Assembly (NCBI GenBank): GCA_046350735.1
Contig: JAXLZU010000001.1
Coordinates: forward strand, 140,530 to 204,529
Direction of reading: 5' to 3'
Source of the DNA: Candidatus Saccharimonadota bacterium
GTDB lineage: Bacteria; Patescibacteriota; Saccharimonadia; CAILAD01; BJGX01
Length of the DNA stretch: 64,000 bases
Each line of letters opens with the position of its first letter. Positions within the stretch are counted from its first letter, which is position 1. A program made the position numbers and the translations under genes. Positions 38,295-46,097 of the stretch are shown piece by piece. The notes beneath the pieces are model-generated. The model did no database searches. It was not told the origin of the DNA and worked only from the letters and a program-made list of their open reading frames with translations.

Positions 38295-40946
38295 TTGCCA
38301 GTCAAGTCCACCTCTGTTAGTATGAAGTCAGTCAGATCGTTGTACAAGGGAGCCACCATGACAAATGAATCTGGTGGGCAAACAATGGAGCTAGTGGAGT
38401 TCATTCAAACAGCCCTGCCGCTGCTAGGGGTTACGGTAGTCTGCGCTGTCCTGCTCTTCTTCCTTATCTTTACTGTTCTCCGACTTATTAACTACCGCCG
38501 AAAGCTGAAGCAAGAGAGTGTGCTGCTTGAGATAACACCGCCAGCCTTTCAAGATAAAGTACCGATTGCCACCGCCCAACTCTTCTCAGTCTTTCATGGC
38601 TTGCTTAAGCACCGTTCGCTAACCGACGTGCTACTCAGATATGCACCAAGTTTCTCACTCGAGATTGTCTCCTCCAAAGACAAGGGCATTCGCTATCTAG
38701 TCCGTACGGATACAGACAGCGCCGATATCATCCGCCATAACGTCCAAGCCTACATTACTGATGCAAAAGTCACGGAAGTTGACGATTATCTTCACGAGGC
38801 AGCCCACAGCTCAATCCAAGTGTTCAAACAGGCCAACCACTTTGCCCACCCGATTGATACCAGCAGCACCATTAGCGAACATGATCCAGTTGCCTATCTC
38901 ACGAATGCCATGACCAAGCTTGATGACGATGAATTGATGAGCTTCCAGATGGTAGTCACACCAGCTGCTATTGCCGAAGCCGCTAAGATTGATCACAAAA
39001 TACGGCGGGGCTACTGGTCTGGTTCGAGCCTTGAAAAATCCTTTTCAGGTAAAAATATCCTGAAGATTATCTGGGTTATCGTTAAGTTTCCAATCGTCTT
39101 TACCTGGGGTTTACTCTACGCCTTTTTTACTCATGATCTGTATGATTCACCGAAGTCCAGATACGACTCACCCCAGGCCTCACACGTACCGCCCGCTGAA
39201 CAAGAGCTGCTTGATGAAATGCACGTCAAGCTAAGCCAGGATTTGTTTTACGCTGATCTCAGACTACTGGTGCTGGTCGGTAGCAAACAGCACCTCAAAG
39301 AACGCGTCCGAACATTTGCCGGCTCACTCGCAACCTACGCCACACCGAATTGGCAGATGCTAAAACAATCCCGTAACTACCTGTTTCGATATGGCTATAT
39401 ATTCCGGCATTTTATCTTTAGAAACCGTCTGCCGTCACTGATTCACTCCAACTCCAGCATACTCAGCACCGATGAGCTTGGCGCACTCTTTCACTTCCCA
39501 CACACCAGAGCTGCCAGGACGGATAATGTATCTAAATCACTCAGTAAGACCTTGCCAGCACCAACCTCACTGAAAGACAAGAACAACAAACTAAGCATTG
39601 TCCTCGGACAGAACAAGCACCAAGGACAGATTACGCCGTTTGGCCTGACTGAAGCTGAACGAGAGCGTCATATCTTCATGATTGGCGGCACGGGCAATGG
39701 TAAAACCACCATGTTGCAGTATGGCATCGTCCAGGACATTAGAAGCGGTAAAGGCGTAGCCGTGATCGACCCGCATGGCGATATGGCACAAAACTTACTG
39801 CGCTACATACCGAAAAACCGTATAAAAGATGTCATTTACTTCAACCCTGATGACATTGACCATCCGCTGGCGATGAACTTGCTTGAAATACCAAGAGGGC
39901 TGAGAGGCAGCGCACTGGAGCGAGAAAAAGACCGCGTTACTGAATCGGTTATCTCAGTGCTGCGAAAAATATTCTCTGATGACGATACCGGCGGCCATAG
40001 AATTGAATACGTACTCAGAAATGCCATTCAGACAGCGCTAACCACTGAAGACCCAACTATTTTTACTATATTTGAACTGCTCACAAACGACACCTATCGC
40101 AAGAAAATAACCAATGACTTACCGGCTGGAACGCTCAAAAACTTCTGGCAAAACGAGCTTGGTAAAGCCGGAGCCATGCAACGGGTAAAAATGAGCCACG
40201 GTGTAACCAGTAAGATTGGTCGTTTTGAGTTTTCGCCCGCTACCAAGCGAGTGATGGGGCGACCAACTTCCACTTTAGATTTTGACGACCTGCTCAGCTC
40301 TGGCAAAATCCTCATCTGTAATTTCTCCAAAGGTAACTTAGGTGAAGATACCTCAGCTTTATTTGGCACGGCGGTACTGGCTAAATTACAGACCGCCGCG
40401 CTCAGAAGAGCCAGAATCGACCAACGTGAACGCACCCCGTTTTATCTCTATGTTGATGAGTTTCAGAACTTTGCGACTATGCCGTTTGTACAGATGTTAT
40501 CTGAAGCTCGGAAGTACAAACTGTTTCTGACCATGGCTGAGCAGTCGACGACGCAACAGGACGAGCAGCGGTTAGTAAATATCATCTTAGCTAATGTTGG
40601 TACAGTAATCACCTTTAGAACTGGCAGCCCGGTAGATGAGCAATTAGTGCTACCGTTGTTTAGGCCGTATATTGAGCCGGGCGAAATAGCCAACCTGCCA
40701 AGCTTTAATTTTTATGCACGGCTGTCTGCCATACGGTCGCAGGAGCCGTTATCTGGAGAGACGCTGTTGCTCAACGATGATGGTGATCAAGCGATTGCCA
40801 AACAAGCTGTACGGTCTTCTCAGAAATTGTATGCTTACAAATATAAGGAAGAGGCAAAGAAGAGCAAGACAGACAAAGCCAAGCCCGATGAAGCGCAAGA
40901 TGCCAAAAACACCGACTCAAAAGAGGATGAGGCAATAGATGTGTAG
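38295..40946 (+). CDS. Type IV secretion coupling-protein-like ATPase (VirD4/TraG/TraD family) with an acidic C-terminal tail
   Basis: N-terminal TM helices. Walker A 'IGGTGNGKTTM', Walker B-like 'LYVDEFQNFAT'. K/D/E-rich C-terminal tail as in TraD. 883 aa. The exact start is uncertain. Confidence 0.55.
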   Translation: MPVKSTSVSMKSVRSLYKGATMTNESGGQTMELVEFIQTALPLLGVTVVCAVLLFFLIFTVLRLINYRRKLKQESVLLEITPPAFQDKVPIATAQLFSVFHGLLKHRSLTDVLLRYAPSFSLEIVSSKDKGIRYLVRTDTDSADIIRHNVQAYITDAKVTEVDDYLHEAAHSSIQVFKQANHFAHPIDTSSTISEHDPVAYLTNAMTKLDDDELMSFQMVVTPAAIAEAAKIDHKIRRGYWSGSSLEKSFSGKNILKIIWVIVKFPIVFTWGLLYAFFTHDLYDSPKSRYDSPQASHVPPAEQELLDEMHVKLSQDLFYADLRLLVLVGSKQHLKERVRTFAGSLATYATPNWQMLKQSRNYLFRYGYIFRHFIFRNRLPSLIHSNSSILSTDELGALFHFPHTRAARTDNVSKSLSKTLPAPTSLKDKNNKLSIVLGQNKHQGQITPFGLTEAERERHIFMIGGTGNGKTTMLQYGIVQDIRSGKGVAVIDPHGDMAQNLLRYIPKNRIKDVIYFNPDDIDHPLAMNLLEIPRGLRGSALEREKDRVTESVISVLRKIFSDDDTGGHRIEYVLRNAIQTALTTEDPTIFTIFELLTNDTYRKKITNDLPAGTLKNFWQNELGKAGAMQRVKMSHGVTSKIGRFEFSPATKRVMGRPTSTLDFDDLLSSGKILICNFSKGNLGEDTSALFGTAVLAKLQTAALRRARIDQRERTPFYLYVDEFQNFATMPFVQMLSEARKYKLFLTMAEQSTTQQDEQRLVNIILANVGTVITFRTGSPVDEQLVLPLFRPYIEPGEIANLPSFNFYARLSAIRSQEPLSGETLLLNDDGDQAIAKQAVRSSQKLYAYKYKEEAKKSKTDKAKPDEAQDAKNTDSKEDEAIDV

Positions 40947-40975
40947 GGGCCATGGAGCTACTGTAACCTAGCCTC

Positions 40976-41154
40976 TAAGAGTCAGCGAACAGACAACCCG
41001 TTGTTGCGATCGTTGTTGTTGTCCGGGTTCACGTTGTCGGCATTGAAGTTCGCGTTGAACGCGTTGTTGGCATTGTCTGGATTGGCCGAAGCCGACCACA
41101 AGTTGCCGTTGTCACCCTGGTTGTTGAAGCCCTCCCACCAGACACCAGCGAACG
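40976..41154 (-). repeat. DGR template repeat (TR), 179 bp, intergenic
   Basis: Aligns with no gaps to 42569-42747 at a constant offset of +1593. About 30 mismatches, every one at a plus-strand T in this copy, which is an A on the minus (sense) strand. Lies 3' of the RT gene on the same strand. Confidence 0.85.
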
Positions 41155-41360
41155 AAAAGGACCCAAACCAGGCACCCGCTTGTCAATACTGCTCGTTATA
41201 CTACGCCCAGCGTACCAAGCGTAGGGAGGCCTTGACGGCGCTGCCCCTATAGAACTAGCTATGAACAAGTCAAAGCTAGTGAGTATTGTCTCTTAGATAT
41301 GCTTATGTGCCAGGCCGATCATCGGGTAGTGAGCAAAAAGCCGTCAAGCGCCACCCGCCC

Positions 41361-42479
41361 CTAGGCCAGGCAAAGCATAGCTTCTATTGTACCCCCCCGA
41401 ACTTTTACACCACTCTTGATACCATCCAAAAGTTTGCGATGCCTATAATGCTTCACCAACCCCCGATACGATGCCTCGGTTGACTCGAGGCAATCTTGCC
41501 GAGATAATGCGGCTAGTAGGTTACGCTTTAAACGCCTGCCAGGATGTATACGAAATGGATATACCACCGCACCCAGAAATGCAACTCCCTTGCTATATTC
41601 TTGCAGGTGTCGCTTATGAGGATGGAGCGTCAACCCAAGTTGCTGGCCCGCATAGTGCTCGATAGCGGCCAGTGCCCGAACGAGCTCCTCTTTTTTGAGA
41701 GAAACAATATAAAAATCATCAACGTACCGGCCATAATGTGCAAATCCGAGCTCAAGCGTCACAAAACGATCGAGTTGGTCCAGATACATATTGCTTAGTA
41801 GCTGTGAAGTGAGATTGCCGATAGCAATGCCCCGGCCTTTTGGCTGGTGAAACAAACTCTTGCTCGGCGGCAAGCCCTTCCAGGCGCTCCGCGGACAACT
41901 GAACTCCACGTTCTTCAGGGGATCGTTGAAAATAATGACCTTCCATAAAAACTTACACAGTTGGTAGGCGTAGCCTTTATCGGGAAATTGCCTATCCAGC
42001 CCCCACATTGCTCGCACGTATAGTTTTTTGCGATCTAAGCTCATGAAGTACCCCAGAAGATCGAGCTGTAGTATATATGCTGGCCGCGTATAATTACGGC
42101 TTTCTGAACGGATATGATGGTCAAGGCGACGGATACCATACAGCGTACCTTTGCCCTTGCGGCAACTGTAGTTGTCTGCAATGAACCGCGCATCCCACCA
42201 TGTGTTGACTTGGTTGAATAAAAAGTGATGCACCACTCTATCCCGAAAGGCCGCAGCGAAGATCTCTCGTTTGACGGGTTTGTTCACGATAAAGGCTGTT
42301 GATGGCCGTGGTGTATAGGTTCGCGAATGAATTTCTCTGGCCAGTGCTGCAATCTCTGACCGAGCGACTTTGTCAAATGCTTCCACTTGTGGTTTTTTGG
42401 TTTTGCCGCGCCGCGCATCGAGGTAAGCCTTCTGCAGCTCTTTGGCAAGCCAAGCGTTGCGTTTTTGCGATGTGTCCAT
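41361..42479 (-). CDS. Diversity-generating retroelement reverse transcriptase
   Basis: RT motifs including 'YILQLDLLGYFMSL', 'GIAIGNLTSQLLSNMYLDQLD' (the DGR-type [I/L]GxxxSQ motif) and 'RYVDDFYIVS' (YxDD). 372 aa with no maturase or endonuclease domain. Confidence 0.85.
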   Translation of the reverse strand: MDTSQKRNAWLAKELQKAYLDARRGKTKKPQVEAFDKVARSEIAALAREIHSRTYTPRPSTAFIVNKPVKREIFAAAFRDRVVHHFLFNQVNTWWDARFIADNYSCRKGKGTLYGIRRLDHHIRSESRNYTRPAYILQLDLLGYFMSLDRKKLYVRAMWGLDRQFPDKGYAYQLCKFLWKVIIFNDPLKNVEFSCPRSAWKGLPPSKSLFHQPKGRGIAIGNLTSQLLSNMYLDQLDRFVTLELGFAHYGRYVDDFYIVSLKKEELVRALAAIEHYAGQQLGLTLHPHKRHLQEYSKGVAFLGAVVYPFRIHPGRRLKRNLLAALSRQDCLESTEASYRGLVKHYRHRKLLDGIKSGVKVRGGTIEAMLCLA

Positions 42480-42562
42480 AGGAGGTAATACACCCCAGTC
42501 GACTCAGCGGGCTCAGGCCTGGTCAGGCCCTCGCGCCTGCTTCGCTTTGTGGGGTGTATTGC

Positions 42563-43912
42563 TTAATGTAAGAGACAGCGAACAGACAACCCGCCGTCGC
42601 GATCGACGCCGCCGCCCGGGACCACGCTGCCGGCACTGAAGTCCGCGCCGAACGCGCTGCTGGCATCGACTGGAAAGGCCGAAGCCGACCACAAGTCGCC
42701 GTAGTCACCCTGGCCGTAGAAGCCCTCCCACCAGACACCAGCGAACGTGCCTTGAAACGGTCCTGGGTAATTCCACTGGGCAGGGCTGCTACCGAGTGCG
42801 GTATAGAGCGCTGCGAACTCACCGCCACTACCACCGGTTGGCAGCCGCCAATTGGCCGGACAAATGGAATAGGGGGCATTGCCAGAGCCTGCAGGCATAC
42901 TGGTTCTGGATTCCCCTGCAGTGGCCGCGCTCCAGTTGTAGAGATAACCGTAATTGGTTTCTCCTGCGCCGGTGTCGCCAGGGGCGGGGCCGTAGGCACC
43001 AGGGTTGTCGTAGTCGGCTGTGCCGGTGGTGACCACTTGTGGCAAGGTGAAGTTGCTGGCGATGTTGGTGTCTGCTGGGGTGAGTTCTAGGGTGCTGGTA
43101 GTACTACCGAGCTTGAGGTTGTTTAACATCCAGCAGTTGCCATCGGCCAGTTTAGCAACCTCATAGGTTTGGTTGTTCGCACGGGTGTCGGTGAGGGTCA
43201 GGATGGCGTCTTGGTTGCTACCGTTGTAGATAGTCATGTAGTTCTCGCAGTAGCTGGTGGTCATTTCTTGCATGGTGGTAGGGGTTGGAGGGAGAGGGGT
43301 CTCATTGTCGGTGGCACTGTAAGTGAGCTTGAGCTCTTTTTGGCCTGCGGTGACCGTACTATCTATGGTGAAGTCTAAGGTGACTTCGGTGGTGTCGTTG
43401 GATGACGCACTGTCGGTGGTCTTGAGCGTGAGAGCTGGAGCGCCAGGTTCGAGCGCGGTGCTGGTGGTAATGTTACCCCCTTTGAGCTTGATGGCGATAC
43501 CTGGTTCAGCTTCGGTGAGTGCTGCCGTGAGGCTGTAGCCAGTGGGGTTGGTGGTGCCGGTAGTGATGGCGGTTGTGGTAGTTGCAGTACCGCCACCTTC
43601 GGGAACCGTAACTGTCAGGGTATCTTGGTTGGCACCGAGGCTCAGTGTGGGAGCAGCAGAAACGCTTGAGAGGTTGAGGCCAAGGCCAATGGTGGCAACA
43701 GAGAGAAAGGCAAAGGTGGCAATGCTACGGAAGCTAAGCTTACGTAGTTTAGTGCGCACACGTGGCATTCGGGAAAACAAAAACAGGACGGCTACGGCAA
43801 TAAGACTGACGCCAATTGCGGTGTACAGGGTGGTGTTTGCGCCGGTGTTGGCGAGGTTACCCCCTGCTTCTCCGCCGATGACGATGTTGATGGTTTGGGT
43901 TATGGATTCCAT
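42563..43912 (-). CDS. DGR target (variable) protein: Thr-rich surface protein with a C-terminal FISUMP/C-type-lectin-fold domain containing the VR
   Basis: Signal-peptide-like 'FRSIATFAFLSVATIGLGLNLSSVSAAP' after a 48-aa N-terminal segment (an alternative start at 43768 is possible). T-rich repeats. C-terminal 'NYGYLYNWSAA...YSICPANWRLPTGGSGGEFAALYTAL...VRCLLH' is typical of the Fibrobacter-succinogenes-major-paralogous (C-type lectin) fold used by DGR targets. Confidence 0.8.
   Translation of the reverse strand: MESITQTINIVIGGEAGGNLANTGANTTLYTAIGVSLIAVAVLFLFSRMPRVRTKLRKLSFRSIATFAFLSVATIGLGLNLSSVSAAPTLSLGANQDTLTVTVPEGGGTATTTTAITTGTTNPTGYSLTAALTEAEPGIAIKLKGGNITTSTALEPGAPALTLKTTDSASSNDTTEVTLDFTIDSTVTAGQKELKLTYSATDNETPLPPTPTTMQEMTTSYCENYMTIYNGSNQDAILTLTDTRANNQTYEVAKLADGNCWMLNNLKLGSTTSTLELTPADTNIASNFTLPQVVTTGTADYDNPGAYGPAPGDTGAGETNYGYLYNWSAATAGESRTSMPAGSGNAPYSICPANWRLPTGGSGGEFAALYTALGSSPAQWNYPGPFQGTFAGVWWEGFYGQGDYGDLWSASAFPVDASSAFGADFSAGSVVPGGGVDRDGGLSVRCLLH
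42569..42747 (-). repeat. DGR variable repeat (VR) at the 3' end of the target gene
   Basis: Counterpart of the TR. Substitutions relative to the TR occur only at TR adenines (sense strand), mostly A to G with some A to T. Ends 6 bp before the target gene's stop codon. Confidence 0.85.
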
Positions 43913-44085
43913 GGTATTCTTTTTTCCTTTCTTTGGTTATAGCTGCTTTGTTATGGTTGGTTGATGAATGAATAGACTGCGGATAAAACCAAAACTAGCC
44001 GCTCAGGATAGAGACGGCTGTTGAGGGAGATAGGCTGAAGGTGTGACGTTGAACGGTAGCAGTGCGGTTAGCGCATGCGCTAACC

Positions 44086-44104
44086 GAGAGAGAGAGAGAG
44101 AGAG
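44086..44104. repeat. (GA)n dinucleotide tract (~9.5 units) flanked by two palindromes, upstream of the DGR target gene
   Basis: 'gagagagagagagagagag'. On its left is the 20-bp perfect palindrome 'ggttagcgcatgcgctaacc' (44066-44085). On its right is the hairpin 'tagattgcgc-taac-gcgcaatcta' (44105-44128). Confidence 0.8.
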
Positions 44105-44581
44105 TAGATTGCGCTAACGCGCAATCTAAACCACTGATAGTGCCGGTTTGATTATTCCCCTCTAATGTATACGTAGTTTTCATAGTTTTTGCTTCCACTC
44201 ACGGTAGTTTTGTGCATAGTATATGTGAGTACTATGCATATGCACAAAACTGCTTACGTATATTTTATCATACATGCTTATTGATACAAACGGTATCTTT
44301 TACTATCGATAAAAATAAGAAAAGGCGCCTCAGGTTCAATACAGTACCGTATACGCCTTTTACGGGCTGTGTTATAGGGTAGCTCATTATATTGCTAAGG
44401 CTTTTTGAGCCAGCTAAATTCAATATTGACATAAACACTATTGTTTGATAGTATATTTATAAGACCTTCGGCAAGTGGTTTTTAGGCCACCCCAGCGGAA
44501 GGCCTGAGTGAAAAGCTTCGCGTAGTTTATACACTACACTTGCGAGGTTTTTCTTTTTGTTTGAAATCTGAAAGTCTGGAT

Positions 44582-44992
44582 TTAGTGTGGCGGGAACACG
44601 GACACGAAGTACTTGTTATCTGTCCTGTTGTCTTCTTTAACTTGTACATAAAACAAATCGCCGTCTTTGGTCTGGCCTGCGAAACGATGCACCAGTTCAT
44701 TACGCCCGTTCGGGTTCGGCTTTGTGACAGGCTCTGCTGTACTATGGCGAAGCAGCTCAATGGCAGCTGCGTAGTATTTGATACGTCGCTTGCGATCATA
44801 CTGTGGTTTTTGATGCAGGTGATCCCAGAAAAGGTTGATGAATATCTTGCTATTTTTGAAATACGCACTTCGTATGTAGGGGTTACGCTTTGAACGAGCA
44901 GCAATGGAGTTATGCAATTTGCGAGCCTTGCGCTCCACGTCAGAGTACGAACGACCAGTGTATTTAACTGCTTTTGTTCGGTAGGCTTTCAT
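44582..44992 (-). CDS. Hypothetical basic protein
   Basis: 136-aa ORF whose start overlaps the upstream gene's stop. No motif recognised. Confidence 0.35.
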   Translation of the reverse strand: MKAYRTKAVKYTGRSYSDVERKARKLHNSIAARSKRNPYIRSAYFKNSKIFINLFWDHLHQKPQYDRKRRIKYYAAAIELLRHSTAEPVTKPNPNGRNELVHRFAGQTKDGDLFYVQVKEDNRTDNKYFVSVFPPH

Positions 44993-45768
44993 ATTGCCAG
45001 TATAACACCTCGCTCGAGAGCAGGAGGACTTATGTCTTGGCTGCCAATACCCTCTAGCGTAGTGGCCGTTATAGTGAGCTCCACGTAGCTGCTATCCAGC
45101 TCTTTCGTGGCTATGCTTTCTACTTTCTTCTTCAGGTTATTTGATTCGCACACAAATAGGATGGTGGGGTGAGGTTGATTCGGTTTATGCTTTTGCCATA
45201 TGCCAAGTTCTGCATACGTAATGTAGCGTTTCACGGCTTTCCTGAACGTCCAGAAGCTGGCGGTATCTTCCAGGCAGTCCATGAAATAGTGCTGGTTGGT
45301 CTGGGCGTCTATGATCTGAGCATCAGGTTTGGTTTTGGGGGCGTAATTTTTATTCATCAGCTCGGTTTTGCTAAAGAACTTGAAGCGCCCAGGATAAGTA
45401 TTTTTGAGATCGATAAAGACTCTAAAAACATTAAGTCTGTGCGCGATCTGGCTCGGCGTTGCCCGCTTATCATGGTAGATACTCCTGAGTGCTGATTCTT
45501 GTACGTACGATTGCTGCCGTAAGTATCTGACACCCTTGGGCAGTAAATAATAGGCAGCTGGCTGGCCTTTAATTCTGTAGCTACTGTCATAATTCATACC
45601 GATATATTCTTGTTCTACCAGTATCTTTAGTCTATTGGATGTAACTCGTAGGTGCTTAGCGTTTTGATTTTCAGCTAAGAGTGAGGCAGTTACGAAGCGA
45701 AACTTATAGAGTGTATTTAAGATAGTAAGTTGATGGTTGTTTAATGGTCGTCGGTATTTTGGTTGCAC
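44989..45768 (-). CDS. Putative replication-relaxation-family / plasmid-type HTH protein
   Basis: N-terminal 'HQLTILNTLYKFRFVTASLLAENQNAKHLRVTSNRLKILVEQEYI' resembles the replication-relaxation winged-helix pattern. This is a weak call. Confidence 0.3.
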   Translation of the reverse strand: MQPKYRRPLNNHQLTILNTLYKFRFVTASLLAENQNAKHLRVTSNRLKILVEQEYIGMNYDSSYRIKGQPAAYYLLPKGVRYLRQQSYVQESALRSIYHDKRATPSQIAHRLNVFRVFIDLKNTYPGRFKFFSKTELMNKNYAPKTKPDAQIIDAQTNQHYFMDCLEDTASFWTFRKAVKRYITYAELGIWQKHKPNQPHPTILFVCESNNLKKKVESIATKELDSSYVELTITATTLEGIGSQDISPPALERGVILAI

Positions 45769-45965
45769 GTTTAGTATTACTCCCTATACGTAGTATAGGT
45801 AATTATATAACAAATGATTATAAATATAACAGATATAAATGCTGTATATAGATAGCCTAACGATGAGATATCCACAGTTTTACTAAATAAGCCGTGTTTT
45901 ATGTTTGAACTATCTCTATTATCCATAGTATACTATAGATATAATCAATAGTTTCCGAGGGTATT

Positions 45966-46097
45966 ATGGCAAATAATAGATGGTTAGCCAAAGCGAAAAA
46001 CAAGCTCGACACAAACGAGCAGGAACGTCTTGAGCTGCTGGCGGATATCCTGTTGGAAATAGCCTTGGAGGAGGGTCAGGATGAGGCAGCAAGCTAA
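45966..46097 (+). CDS. Small acidic ORF (43 aa) overlapping the recombinase start; candidate excisionase / recombination directionality factor
   Basis: 'MANNRWLAKAKNKLDTNEQERLELLADILLEIALEEGQDEAAS'. 'gaggg' RBS-like sequence upstream. Found by manual translation and absent from the track because it is shorter than 60 aa. Confidence 0.25.
   Translation: MANNRWLAKAKNKLDTNEQERLELLADILLEIALEEGQDEAAS

Noticed and set aside
41029-41268. Track ORFs 41001..41252(+), 41029..41268(-), 42523..42999(-), 42752..43090(+) and 42796..43032(+), whose translations mirror each other ('SLVSGGRASTxRVTTATCGRLRP')
   Set aside because: They are frame artefacts created by the TR and VR repeats, and by the GC-rich target gene read in the wrong frame. 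The real elements are the intergenic TR and the VR inside the 42563..43912 gene.
43995-44198. ORF 43995..44198(-) (67 aa) upstream of the DGR target gene
   Set aside because: It overlaps the palindrome/(GA)n regulatory-looking region and has no RBS. More likely noncoding promoter DNA.
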